From the IMG/VR virus record IMGVR_UViG_3300042907_001080, positions 1 through 64,000 of that record: a stretch of 64,000 nt of DNA. One strand, written 5' to 3'. This document shows positions 56,520 to 64,000 of the stretch, piece after piece. Position 1 is the stretch's first letter. Each line of letters starts with the position of its first letter. The position numbers and the translations under genes are program-made. Below the pieces are notes generated by a model. That model was not told the origin of the DNA, ran no database searches, and worked only from the letters and a program-made list of their open reading frames with translations.

Positions 56520-57041
56520 TTATCTAAATTTTAAATCAAAGCCAATTATAGTTTTGATTGTGTGTGAATTATTAGGCAACGTGTAATGTAAAATATTACT
56601 CGGTACAATAATCATTAATCCTTCACTGGCTTCAATATTCTTTATCTCTGTTTGATCAGTTATGGGATTATTTACAGGATTAATAAAATAAGTTGGACTG
56701 TGTAAGGTTTCATCGTAATCTAAATAGATGATTCCCGAATATCCCACCCCCGAGTGATTATGAGGGATATGAAATTCATCTTTTGCATAAGACACTGTCC
56801 ATACGTCGCCTATATCTAATGATTCTACTTTAATTTCATTAGAAAACAGAGCCAGTTCATTCTTAAAAATTTCAACAAACTCAGACTGATAGCTGTTATT
56901 ACCTCGATCGCTTGCAAACAATTGACCGGGCTTTCTTACCAATGCCGCTGCATTAATTTTTTTTGAAATTTTTTCTTTCTTTGATTCCCAATCATTGATA
57001 TAATAACTATAAAATTTTGTTTCAAACAATGTACTTTGCAC
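56520..57041 (-). CDS. putative 2OG-Fe(II) oxygenase
   Basis: HIPHNH...SGIIY, IVPSNILHYT. Confidence 0.7.
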   Translation of the reverse strand: MQSTLFETKFYSYYINDWESKKEKISKKINAAALVRKPGQLFASDRGNNSYQSEFVEIFKNELALFSNEIKVESLDIGDVWTVSYAKDEFHIPHNHSGVGYSGIIYLDYDETLHSPTYFINPVNNPITDQTEIKNIEASEGLMIIVPSNILHYTLPNNSHTIKTIIGFDLKFR

Positions 57042-57769
57042 TATTGATTTCCCTGAAAATATGATTTGATCTTAGCGTAATTTCTTACGAAAGTATTGTT
57101 CATCAATATATAATTTATCGTTAGTTCTTCTTTGCTAATATCAGTTCTGATTTCTAATTCCAAGGAATTCTTAGGAACTGCAATTAATTGTGCAAGGGGG
57201 GTGCCAGCTTTGATCACGGTTTCCTCATTGAGGTTGTGCCAAAATACCGGAACATTTATGTTATTGATTCCGTAGTCACTTGAATAAATCCCACTTAGAG
57301 CAGTGAATCGATTTTCATCGGCGTAGAATACAGAAGTTTGTATTAAAAGATAATCACTGGGAATTTTACAGCACCAGCCAGTGATAAATTTTATCACAGA
57401 TCGGCTAGAATGATTCGGCCAGTTTTGAAATGTTTTAAACAAACTGTCTTGATGTTCCTCAATCGCCGGACTGCCGTTGATTTTTTCTTGATCAATAGGA
57501 GTTCTCCACTGTATTTTATCCTGTGACGAATCTGCTTTGACGTAGATATCTTGCCATGCTCGCACTACAAACCCTTGACTCTGTAAGATGTTGATTCCGG
57601 GACAATTAGAAATGCTGTGTATGGCATGCCCGAGATTATTTTTTTGATTTTTAAATTCTCTAGCTGCTTCCTGTTTCCAATTATGCACGATTTTATCTGC
57701 AGATAAAATCGGCATTGTCTTATCGATGCCAGGTATAGTGGGATAAAATATAATCTTTTGTGCAGTCAT
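57041..57769 (-). CDS. hypothetical protein with dUTPase-like beta fold
   Basis: W...IP.DY...SGI...D...INVPVF...IKAGTPLAQLI; C-terminal KAGTPL.Q.I recalls trimeric dUTPase fold. Confidence 0.5.
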   Translation of the reverse strand: MTAQKIIFYPTIPGIDKTMPILSADKIVHNWKQEAAREFKNQKNNLGHAIHSISNCPGINILQSQGFVVRAWQDIYVKADSSQDKIQWRTPIDQEKINGSPAIEEHQDSLFKTFQNWPNHSSRSVIKFITGWCCKIPSDYLLIQTSVFYADENRFTALSGIYSSDYGINNINVPVFWHNLNEETVIKAGTPLAQLIAVPKNSLELEIRTDISKEELTINYILMNNTFVRNYAKIKSYFQGNQ

Positions 57770-57776
57770 GTCTTTG

Positions 57777-57805
57777 ATTATAACACATCAACACAGATTT
57801 TACAA
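57777..57805 (-). promoter_or_regulatory. sigma70-type (extended -10) promoter, 7 nt from ATG
   Basis: TTGTAA-17 nt-TATAAT with TG at -15/-14, then CAAAGAC-ATG. Confidence 0.7.
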
Positions 57806-57812
57806 GCAATCA

Positions 57813-58367
57813 TTAACTCAAAACAGAGTTGTTGTCAACACCCCAGACATTTTGACAAATAATTTCCATGTTAATAGAAACTCTATAATCTAAACTAAAT
57901 GATTGATGAGGCTGATGGTTAAGATATCCTGGAAAAATAATCAAATCACCAACTTCGGGTTTTATATTATAGATTTCATGAAAGTTATTATCATAAAAAC
58001 TTAGAGACCCTTGATGTCTATCTGCAGTCTCGGGTATATTCAAATAGTAAACAGCATTAATTACACAGGTATTTAGGTGATTATGGATGCCACCTTTGTA
58101 AAAAAATTTGTTCGTTACATAACCCCAACAGCTGGCAAGATTTCTTTGATCTAATTCTAGTGGACCAAAATGCTGGTTGGCAATATGAAAAAAATCTTTG
58201 TATAAGGTGTGAAACACTCCCGAAGAATCGTTGATTTGAAAATTATTTCCGGTGTTGTAGTCTGCCTTGTGATGTGCGGCTAACACCTGTGTCTTCATCC
58301 AATCAATTGGATAAGATTTTAACCCTTGGTGTAAAAATATTGGTAGAGTTGAGTCTACTCGATTCAT
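57813..58367 (-). CDS. putative 2OG-Fe(II) oxygenase
   Basis: GIHNHLN..INAVYYL, IIFPGYLNHQP, RVSINME. Confidence 0.75.
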   Translation of the reverse strand: MNRVDSTLPIFLHQGLKSYPIDWMKTQVLAAHHKADYNTGNNFQINDSSGVFHTLYKDFFHIANQHFGPLELDQRNLASCWGYVTNKFFYKGGIHNHLNTCVINAVYYLNIPETADRHQGSLSFYDNNFHEIYNIKPEVGDLIIFPGYLNHQPHQSFSLDYRVSINMEIICQNVWGVDNNSVLS

Positions 58368-58385
58368 GCGAACAGATTATATAAC

Positions 58386-58916
58386 TTATTCGTTGTCGGG
58401 TGGGGCAGGATCGTAGTATTTCAGCAGGTCTTCGAATGATTTTTTATGAGCAGATGCTCTTCTTGATAATTCAATAAACCACTCTGCTAAATGCGGCAAC
58501 TTGTCTTCTCGAGCATCATCTGCATATTTTGTATACAGCTCAACCGATGCTTGCATTTCAGAAGCAATTGCAGTTTCCAATACCTGGGTAATATGCATTG
58601 ATGGCTTTCCAGTATCTGGATCACCTAATCCACCTAAAATAGCTTCTTTTAAATGGCCTTGAGCAAACATATGTTTTTCTTCGGCAATCTGTTTAAAATA
58701 AGCTGTAGCATTTGCATCTTCATATTTTTCAGCCACAGTAGCAAAATAGTGATATCTATCATTAGATCGTGCCTCGGCAGCAAACGCCAGTTTAAGATTG
58801 GCTGCAGTCTTGCTATTCAATGCCACTGGAATAGCCAACGGTGTATTTGGATCAAGATCAGGGGGCGGAATTAATGGTTCTTGATATCCCTCTGGGACTG
58901 GTAATTCTGTGTTCAT
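58386..58916 (-). CDS. rubrerythrin/ferritin-like protein with degenerate metal ligands
   Basis: NLKLAFAAE..SN.RY.YFA, GDPDTG, LETAIASE, AEWF; Pro-rich N-terminal extension. Confidence 0.75.
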   Translation of the reverse strand: MNTELPVPEGYQEPLIPPPDLDPNTPLAIPVALNSKTAANLKLAFAAEARSNDRYHYFATVAEKYEDANATAYFKQIAEEKHMFAQGHLKEAILGGLGDPDTGKPSMHITQVLETAIASEMQASVELYTKYADDAREDKLPHLAEWFIELSRRASAHKKSFEDLLKYYDPAPPDNE

Positions 58917-58960
58917 GTAAATGATCTCCGGAATGAGTAAAATTATATAGTGTATTTATG

Positions 58961-59560
58961 CTATGCGTTGATCACAAGAGTGTTATTATTGAAATTACCT
59001 TTGATGAAAGTATTAAAAGAAATACTCAATCGTTCGTTGTTTGTGGTATTTACAGGCACACTGTGAAAGAGAGTGGAAGGAAAAAGTATTAACATTGCAT
59101 CTTCAACAGGAATCTGCCATTCTATGCTGTTAAATGGTGTACGTTCGCTGCACTCAAACTCCATAAAAAACGGTGATGTTAGCCTGTTGAAACAGATAGA
59201 ATTTTCACTGTCTGCAACATTCACATAGTATACTCCTGAAATCACGCTATTTCTGTGATTGTGCAGATCGTGTGGTTGTCCTTTTTTATTTTGATTTTTC
59301 CAGGAATTTGTCATATAAAATTGGCAGTTTGTTTTAATCACTTCTCGAGCATAATTATGTACATGCTCCATGAATATGTTTTTCAAATCTGAGAATACAT
59401 CGCTATCAAGCAGGGTTGAATTAACAGATGTCTGATTGCCTTGTCTACTTATAGAGGTTACGGTATTAGTGTCATATGCAATTCGTTCAGCCGCTGATAA
59501 CTTTCTAAGATTGATTCTATAGATAGCTGCAGGAAAAATTGGAATAATTTGTGGATTCAT
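58961..59560 (-). CDS. putative 2OG-Fe(II) oxygenase (TIGR02466-like)
   Basis: HDLHNHRNSVISGVYY, LFPSTLFHSV, RLSISFN. Confidence 0.8.
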   Translation of the reverse strand: MNPQIIPIFPAAIYRINLRKLSAAERIAYDTNTVTSISRQGNQTSVNSTLLDSDVFSDLKNIFMEHVHNYAREVIKTNCQFYMTNSWKNQNKKGQPHDLHNHRNSVISGVYYVNVADSENSICFNRLTSPFFMEFECSERTPFNSIEWQIPVEDAMLILFPSTLFHSVPVNTTNNERLSISFNTFIKGNFNNNTLVINA

Positions 59561-59666
59561 GATCTCATATACTTTGCAAACGAGTATTTAATTCAATAAT
59601 TTCAGATTCAAAAATAAATTAGCTATTATCAACTATTTGATTTATAATGTCAGAATTGAAAGAAAA

Positions 59667-61949
59667 TTAAATACTGGCAAAGTTTTTAATCTGAATAGTT
59701 CCAATCATAGCAGCATGAACACTACACTGATATCTGTAGCTACCAGTAATTGAATCTGGAATCTTCCAATATAGTGTGCCCGATGTTTGACCTTGAGCCG
59801 ACGCTCCTGTAGTTACGGTGCCCCCTGTGGTCACGTGTACCAATCCTGTGTTATAATTTGCGCCAGCGCCGTCTTGTATCAAGAATGGATGTCCAGTCAC
59901 ATTGAGATTGAAAGCTATGGTGGTGCCATTGATGGCATAGACTGTAGGATCGTCAGTGGTGCCATATTGGTCAAATCTGTAAGCACTAGCTCCGTTGTTT
60001 GTGACATTAAGTCTTGTTATTGCCTGTAGATAAAATTGGTCTATGGTGAGATCTGCACGATCACTTAGTCCGGTGAATGATGTGGCGCCTGCGCTGACTG
60101 TGCTGGTAATTGTCACTGTGTCTGTGCCGGCATCCGTGGTTATTGAGATCCCTGTGCCTGCAGCTATAGTAAGAGTGTCAGTGGCCGAATCTGCTACCAC
60201 AGAACTCTGCCCAGCTACTGCTATTGTTTCAAAAGTGTTTTGGCCAGTACCTGAGTTGGTAATGGTCACAGTGTCTGTACCTGCATCTGTGGTAATAGTA
60301 ATGCCTGTACCTGCCACCAGTGTTAGTGTGTCTGTGGCTGAATCTGCTACAACATTCGATTGGCCTGCCACAGATATAGTGGCAAAACTGTCAGATGCTA
60401 ATCCTCCGCCCGAAACAGTAGCCCATGTATTGTCGCCTCTAAGGTAGGTGCTGGCACTAGGTGTTCCTGACGACCCGAGTCTTCCGATGGGTACTGTGCC
60501 GCTGGTGAGTTGTGTAGCATTTAATGCTGTGAGATTAGCCCCGCTGGCCGCTGGTAATGTTGCAGGAAGTGCTGTGAGATTTGCGCCACTCACTGCAGGC
60601 AACGTAGCCGGAAATCTGGCGTCCGGTATGGTGCCTGAAGTCAACTGCGTAGCATTTAACGAAGTAAGTGCTGAACCTCCACCACTGAAGTTAGTGGCCG
60701 TAAGTAGTCCAGCATCTGATATGGTTGCAGAGCTGGTTTGTATGATAGTACCGGTAGTACCGTCATAGCGTACAATAGCATTATCGACATATCCGCCACC
60801 ACTGCTAAGAACATCTCCTGTACCTGCTCCCGAAGCTCCTGCTGGCCCTTGCGGTCCTACTGGCCCAGGTACACCTACAGCAGAAGTATTCTGTCTTGTG
60901 CCGTCTGCAAATACGATTTCATTGCCTACTACCACATCTGATTCAAAATTTACAGCAGGAGTTACAGTGATAGCTGTGCTGTCTGTGCTGTCTATGGTGT
61001 TAGCAACAAATGTTATGTTGCCTGTGCTGGCTGTGCTGGTAATTGTAATGGCATCTGTGCCAGCATTAGTTGTGAGGGTTATACCTGCGCCTGCCACTAG
61101 TGTCAGCGTATCTGTGGGGGTGCCCGCAGCCACTGAGCTTTGCCCTGCTACTGCTATTGTGGCAAAACTATTAGACTCTAAGTCTGTATCATTAATCCAA
61201 TTTGTGCCGTTATACTTCAACACCTGGTTAATTGTTGGAGTTGTTAACACAACATCACTCAAGTCATTTAGTGCGCCTCCGCTACCGGTTCCTGATCCAG
61301 GATCTGCTACTGCTATTGACTGACCCATGGCCAAGTGATTCCAACACCAATAGTAGAGCAAAGCTGGCGTAGAATTAGTGACTGTGATACGCACCTGCCG
61401 TGCAGTGGCTGTGGCAAACATATTACTGTTATACACTGCCTGTGTAACATTAACATTATCTAGGTAATATTGCACATCTACAAGATAACTTGTGCCGCCG
61501 CCATTGTTTCCACTGAGATTATCTGCGGAAAAATTCAAAGGATGCTGATTTACTGTAGTTCCATTGACGTTAGGAAAGTAGACGTTGGTAGGATCGTCCT
61601 GAACAAACACATAGGTATAGCCCACTACAAAATTCAGTATAGGACGATAAACACCGTTAAGATTGTATTTGTTGCCTGTATCGCCGCCTTGAGGACCTGT
61701 GATTGTTACCTGATATGTGACTGTAGCCAGTTTAGAAACCACAGACTTAGATCTAAAATCACTGGTTGACACATTGGCAAGATCTCCTCTAGCTAAATTT
61801 AATCCGCCAGTGGATGATCCGTTGTAAATTCTAAGGGTATTAGCTGTTTGATCGTAAAAAACTTCACCTCTTAGCCCTGACTTTCTGTTCAGAAATTCAG
61901 CGTCTCTTGGAATTATTCTTACTGCATCGGATACGGATATTTTGGCCAT
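59667..61949 (-). CDS. tail fibre / virion appendage protein with two cupredoxin-like domains
   Basis: Mtd-N-like GEVFYD...TLRIYNG..TGG; HPL...YWCWNHLAMG and HPF...YQCSVHAAMIG; Gly-X-Y stretch; T/S/G/A-rich repeats. Confidence 0.75.
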   Translation of the reverse strand: MAKISVSDAVRIIPRDAEFLNRKSGLRGEVFYDQTANTLRIYNGSSTGGLNLARGDLANVSTSDFRSKSVVSKLATVTYQVTITGPQGGDTGNKYNLNGVYRPILNFVVGYTYVFVQDDPTNVYFPNVNGTTVNQHPLNFSADNLSGNNGGGTSYLVDVQYYLDNVNVTQAVYNSNMFATATARQVRITVTNSTPALLYYWCWNHLAMGQSIAVADPGSGTGSGGALNDLSDVVLTTPTINQVLKYNGTNWINDTDLESNSFATIAVAGQSSVAAGTPTDTLTLVAGAGITLTTNAGTDAITITSTASTGNITFVANTIDSTDSTAITVTPAVNFESDVVVGNEIVFADGTRQNTSAVGVPGPVGPQGPAGASGAGTGDVLSSGGGYVDNAIVRYDGTTGTIIQTSSATISDAGLLTATNFSGGGSALTSLNATQLTSGTIPDARFPATLPAVSGANLTALPATLPAASGANLTALNATQLTSGTVPIGRLGSSGTPSASTYLRGDNTWATVSGGGLASDSFATISVAGQSNVVADSATDTLTLVAGTGITITTDAGTDTVTITNSGTGQNTFETIAVAGQSSVVADSATDTLTIAAGTGISITTDAGTDTVTITSTVSAGATSFTGLSDRADLTIDQFYLQAITRLNVTNNGASAYRFDQYGTTDDPTVYAINGTTIAFNLNVTGHPFLIQDGAGANYNTGLVHVTTGGTVTTGASAQGQTSGTLYWKIPDSITGSYRYQCSVHAAMIGTIQIKNFASI
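60100..61175 (-). repeat. three ~48-aa repeats plus two LTxLNATQLTSGT repeats inside the fibre
   Basis: F(A/E)TI.VAGQS.V.A...TDTLT..AG.GI..TT.AGTD..TIT at about 61035-61175, 60255-60397, 60100-60243. Confidence 0.85.
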
Positions 61950-62015
61950 TGATATTCTTTGTTATTAGTCTATTATTTATTCTAAAAATGCAGACTGGAT
62001 ACCTATAAATAAACA

Positions 62016-62252
62016 GTGACTTTGACTATCAAAATACTACAAGATGACTGCGCTGTGAGTCCTGTTTTTCTCAAAGCCGTGGAATATCTTATAGAAAAAC
62101 AAAATAATACAGATCAGTTGTCTTTAGATCTACAGTCTGTGATTAGACATCACTGGCAAACAGAATTTAAATCATCAATTTCTGAAGATTGGAGTTGCAT
62201 TGAGTTTTCAAATAGTTTAGATCTGATGACTTTTTCATTGAAATTCAGTTGA
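62016..62252 (+). CDS. hypothetical protein
   Basis: GTG start 4 nt after TATAAATA (62004-62011). Confidence 0.6.
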   Translation: MTLTIKILQDDCAVSPVFLKAVEYLIEKQNNTDQLSLDLQSVIRHHWQTEFKSSISEDWSCIEFSNSLDLMTFSLKFS

Positions 62253-62589
62253 TTTCATCTACCCATACATTGTTGGTAGCAAGATCTATATCATATGTTG
62301 CAAGAAATTCCTGAACCCTATTCGAAGCATCTTTTCCAAAAAATGTCAACGAATGGAACTTTGTTTCCGCTAACACAGGATAATAAACCAAATAGAATTC
62401 ACAATAAGGATCCCAGGCAGCGTATACACCTATTACACCTGGTTTAAAATAAATTTCTTCCCAAACTGTTATATCTGCAACACAAGGAGTAGCAGTAGTT
62501 TGCAAATTGTTAGACGAGATGTTTTGACAATAATTTTTATAAAACTTGTGACTGAATATCTCGTCGCTGGAAATAAAACGGGTGGCCAT
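62245..62589 (-). CDS. hypothetical protein
   Basis: TAAATA 6 nt before ATG. Confidence 0.65.
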   Translation of the reverse strand: MATRFISSDEIFSHKFYKNYCQNISSNNLQTTATPCVADITVWEEIYFKPGVIGVYAAWDPYCEFYLVYYPVLAETKFHSLTFFGKDASNRVQEFLATYDIDLATNNVWVDEIN

Positions 62590-62656
62590 AATCAGTATTT
62601 ATGAAATAATTCCGTTGCTCTCTTAAATAGCATAGCTCGTATAAAAGGACAACAAT

Positions 62657-63286
62657 ATGACCGTGGTAATAAACAATTTTTTTCCTGGGGAACTACAGCC
62701 AAGCACTGTGATAGCAGGTTGTATTGCCATTTATGAAAATGCCTGGCCGAACCCAGAGAACACTATCAAGATGGTGGAAAACGCAGCTTCTAATTCAGAT
62801 TCCGGAGTGCATTGGCAACGAGCCGAAACCACTCAGGAAGGACCACATCAAACACACAGAACAAACAAAATGATGGGAGTTACTCATCTAGCAGGAATTA
62901 CCAATAATGCTGTATTACAAAATGTTCATAATCAGTTCTATATGTTATTATTAGCAGCATCAATTCCCTATGCTAAAAGATTTAATATCAAGGAAGGTCT
63001 TTGGCACGAACATTATCAAATGTTAAAATACGATCAAGGCGAAGAATACAAAGGACATTATGATGGCGGAACTCCTATAGGAAGAGCAATATCTTGCTTG
63101 TGTTATTTAAATGACAATTTTGAAGGAGGTGAGTTGGAATTTCCTAATTTTCACGTAAAAATTAAACCTGAACCCGGAATGTTAATTTTGTTCCCATCCA
63201 ACTATGCGTATCTACACATTGCACACCCAATAACATCTGGCACAAAATACAGCATGGTAACGTGGATCAAGGATAGAGAAATATAA
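62657..63286 (+). CDS. prolyl-4-hydroxylase-like 2OG-Fe(II) oxygenase
   Basis: LKYDQGEEYKGHYD, CYLNDNFEGGELEF, LFPSNYAYLH, GTKYSMVTW. Confidence 0.88.
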   Translation: MTVVINNFFPGELQPSTVIAGCIAIYENAWPNPENTIKMVENAASNSDSGVHWQRAETTQEGPHQTHRTNKMMGVTHLAGITNNAVLQNVHNQFYMLLLAASIPYAKRFNIKEGLWHEHYQMLKYDQGEEYKGHYDGGTPIGRAISCLCYLNDNFEGGELEFPNFHVKIKPEPGMLILFPSNYAYLHIAHPITSGTKYSMVTWIKDREI

Positions 63287-63287
63287 T

Positions 63288-63956
63288 ATGTATTTTCCTT
63301 CTCTGTGTGTAGATAATTTTTATAACGATCCGAATGTGATCAGAGAGTTTGCGTTATCTTTAGAATTCAAAACAACTTCTAATGTGCCATGGCCTGGCAA
63401 AAGATCACCTTCCCTAGATTCTGTAAATCCTGTATTTTTTAAAAATTTCTGCGATAAGCTATTTTCCCTGACCTTTGATTTTAAAAAAACCAACAGTGTT
63501 AAATGGGCTGTGGAAACCTACTTCCAAATTGCAGAACCAGATCAATACTCATCAATCAATCAAGGATGGATTCATGCAGACTATAAGCCATATGCTGGGG
63601 TGATATATCTCACTCCCGGTATAGATACGGGCTGCGGCACTTCGTTGTTTAGACCAAAAAAACCATTTGATATACCGATCAATCTAGAAGAAAAACAAGA
63701 TATGTTTTTGAACTTTGATAGAACTAAAACTGATTTCTATAATGAAAAGCTACAGGAAAACAACAGTCTATTTGAAGAAACTGTGAATTTTAAAAATATC
63801 TATAATAGAATTGTTGCCTATGACGGATTCCAGTATCATGGTGTAAATAAATTTACAGGGCATGATAACAGGCCCAGACTTACACAGGTATTTTTTATTC
63901 AAGAAGTAAGTTCTGATTATTTTCCTATTCCTGCATCGAGACAAATATTATTATGA
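63288..63956 (+). CDS. 2OG-Fe(II) oxygenase (DUF6445-like)
   Basis: VDNFYNDP, PGKRS, WIHAD, AGVIYL, GTSLF, YNRIVAY...HG, RLTQVFF. Confidence 0.75.
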   Translation: MYFPSLCVDNFYNDPNVIREFALSLEFKTTSNVPWPGKRSPSLDSVNPVFFKNFCDKLFSLTFDFKKTNSVKWAVETYFQIAEPDQYSSINQGWIHADYKPYAGVIYLTPGIDTGCGTSLFRPKKPFDIPINLEEKQDMFLNFDRTKTDFYNEKLQENNSLFEETVNFKNIYNRIVAYDGFQYHGVNKFTGHDNRPRLTQVFFIQEVSSDYFPIPASRQILL

Positions 63957-64000
63957 AATTTCCGTATTTTTTTACTAGACAAGAAGAAGTGGTAGTAGAC
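63953..64000 (+). CDS. 5' end of a further gene, truncated by window edge
   Basis: ATG at 63953 overlapping upstream TGA (ATGA); MKFPYFFTRQEEVVVD open to 64000. Confidence 0.55.
   Translation, partial: MKFPYFFTRQEEVVVD

Noticed and set aside
694-61769. Many antisense or alternate-frame ORFs in the track (e.g. 694-1113, 7821-8201, 34737-35093, 52997-53464, 60043-60447, 60898-61323)
   Set aside because: They lie wholly opposite well-supported genes, lack SD or promoter motifs and read as codon shadows
59667-61949. Diversity-generating retroelement, suggested by the Mtd-N-like fibre start
   Set aside because: No reverse transcriptase and no template/variable repeat pair differing at adenines in the window; the C-terminus is cupredoxin-like, not C-type lectin
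1-64000. CRISPR array, tRNA/rRNA genes, integrase or transposase
   Set aside because: No regularly spaced direct repeats, no cloverleaf with T-loop in the few intergenic gaps, and no recombinase motifs seen by eye; a tRNAscan/CRISPR scan would be definitive
1-64000. Stop-codon reassignment (seen in some large phages)
   Set aside because: Core genes are full-length in the standard code, and TAA, TAG and TGA all end genes, often overlapping the next start

Overview
A 64-kb stretch of a large T4-related contractile-tailed (myovirus) phage genome, probably a jumbo phage, using the standard genetic code. Core genes recognised by motifs: gp41/DnaB helicase, primase, UvsW, UvsY, UvsX, gp32 SSB, large and probable small terminase, gp4-like head-completion nuclease, tail tube, oversized tail sheath, neck proteins (gp13/14/15-like), dNMP kinase and a tail fibre. 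Accessory content is dominated by modification enzymes: (i) two glycan-building islands (FnlA/RmlD-like/FnlC trio for a 6-deoxy-L-HexNAc, five tandem KpsS/KpsC-like GT-B paralogues, five GT-A-type enzymes counting a solo copy outside the islands, a cytidylyltransferase-cupin fusion, several SAM methyltransferases), headed by late-type TAAATA promoters; (ii) nine 2OG-Fe(II) oxygenases, most flanking a fibre with two cupredoxin-like Cu motifs; (iii) a carbamoyltransferase in the replication operon. Other oddities: a 192-aa miniature DnaE/Pol III core, a Pol-beta-type nucleotidyltransferase with a capsid-targeting-like N-terminus, degenerate rubrerythrin and Nudix pseudoenzymes, and apparent widespread leaderless transcription (promoter -10 elements 4-7 nt from the start codon). 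No CRISPR array, tRNA or integrase was seen. All annotations come from motif recognition by eye; no database searches were run.
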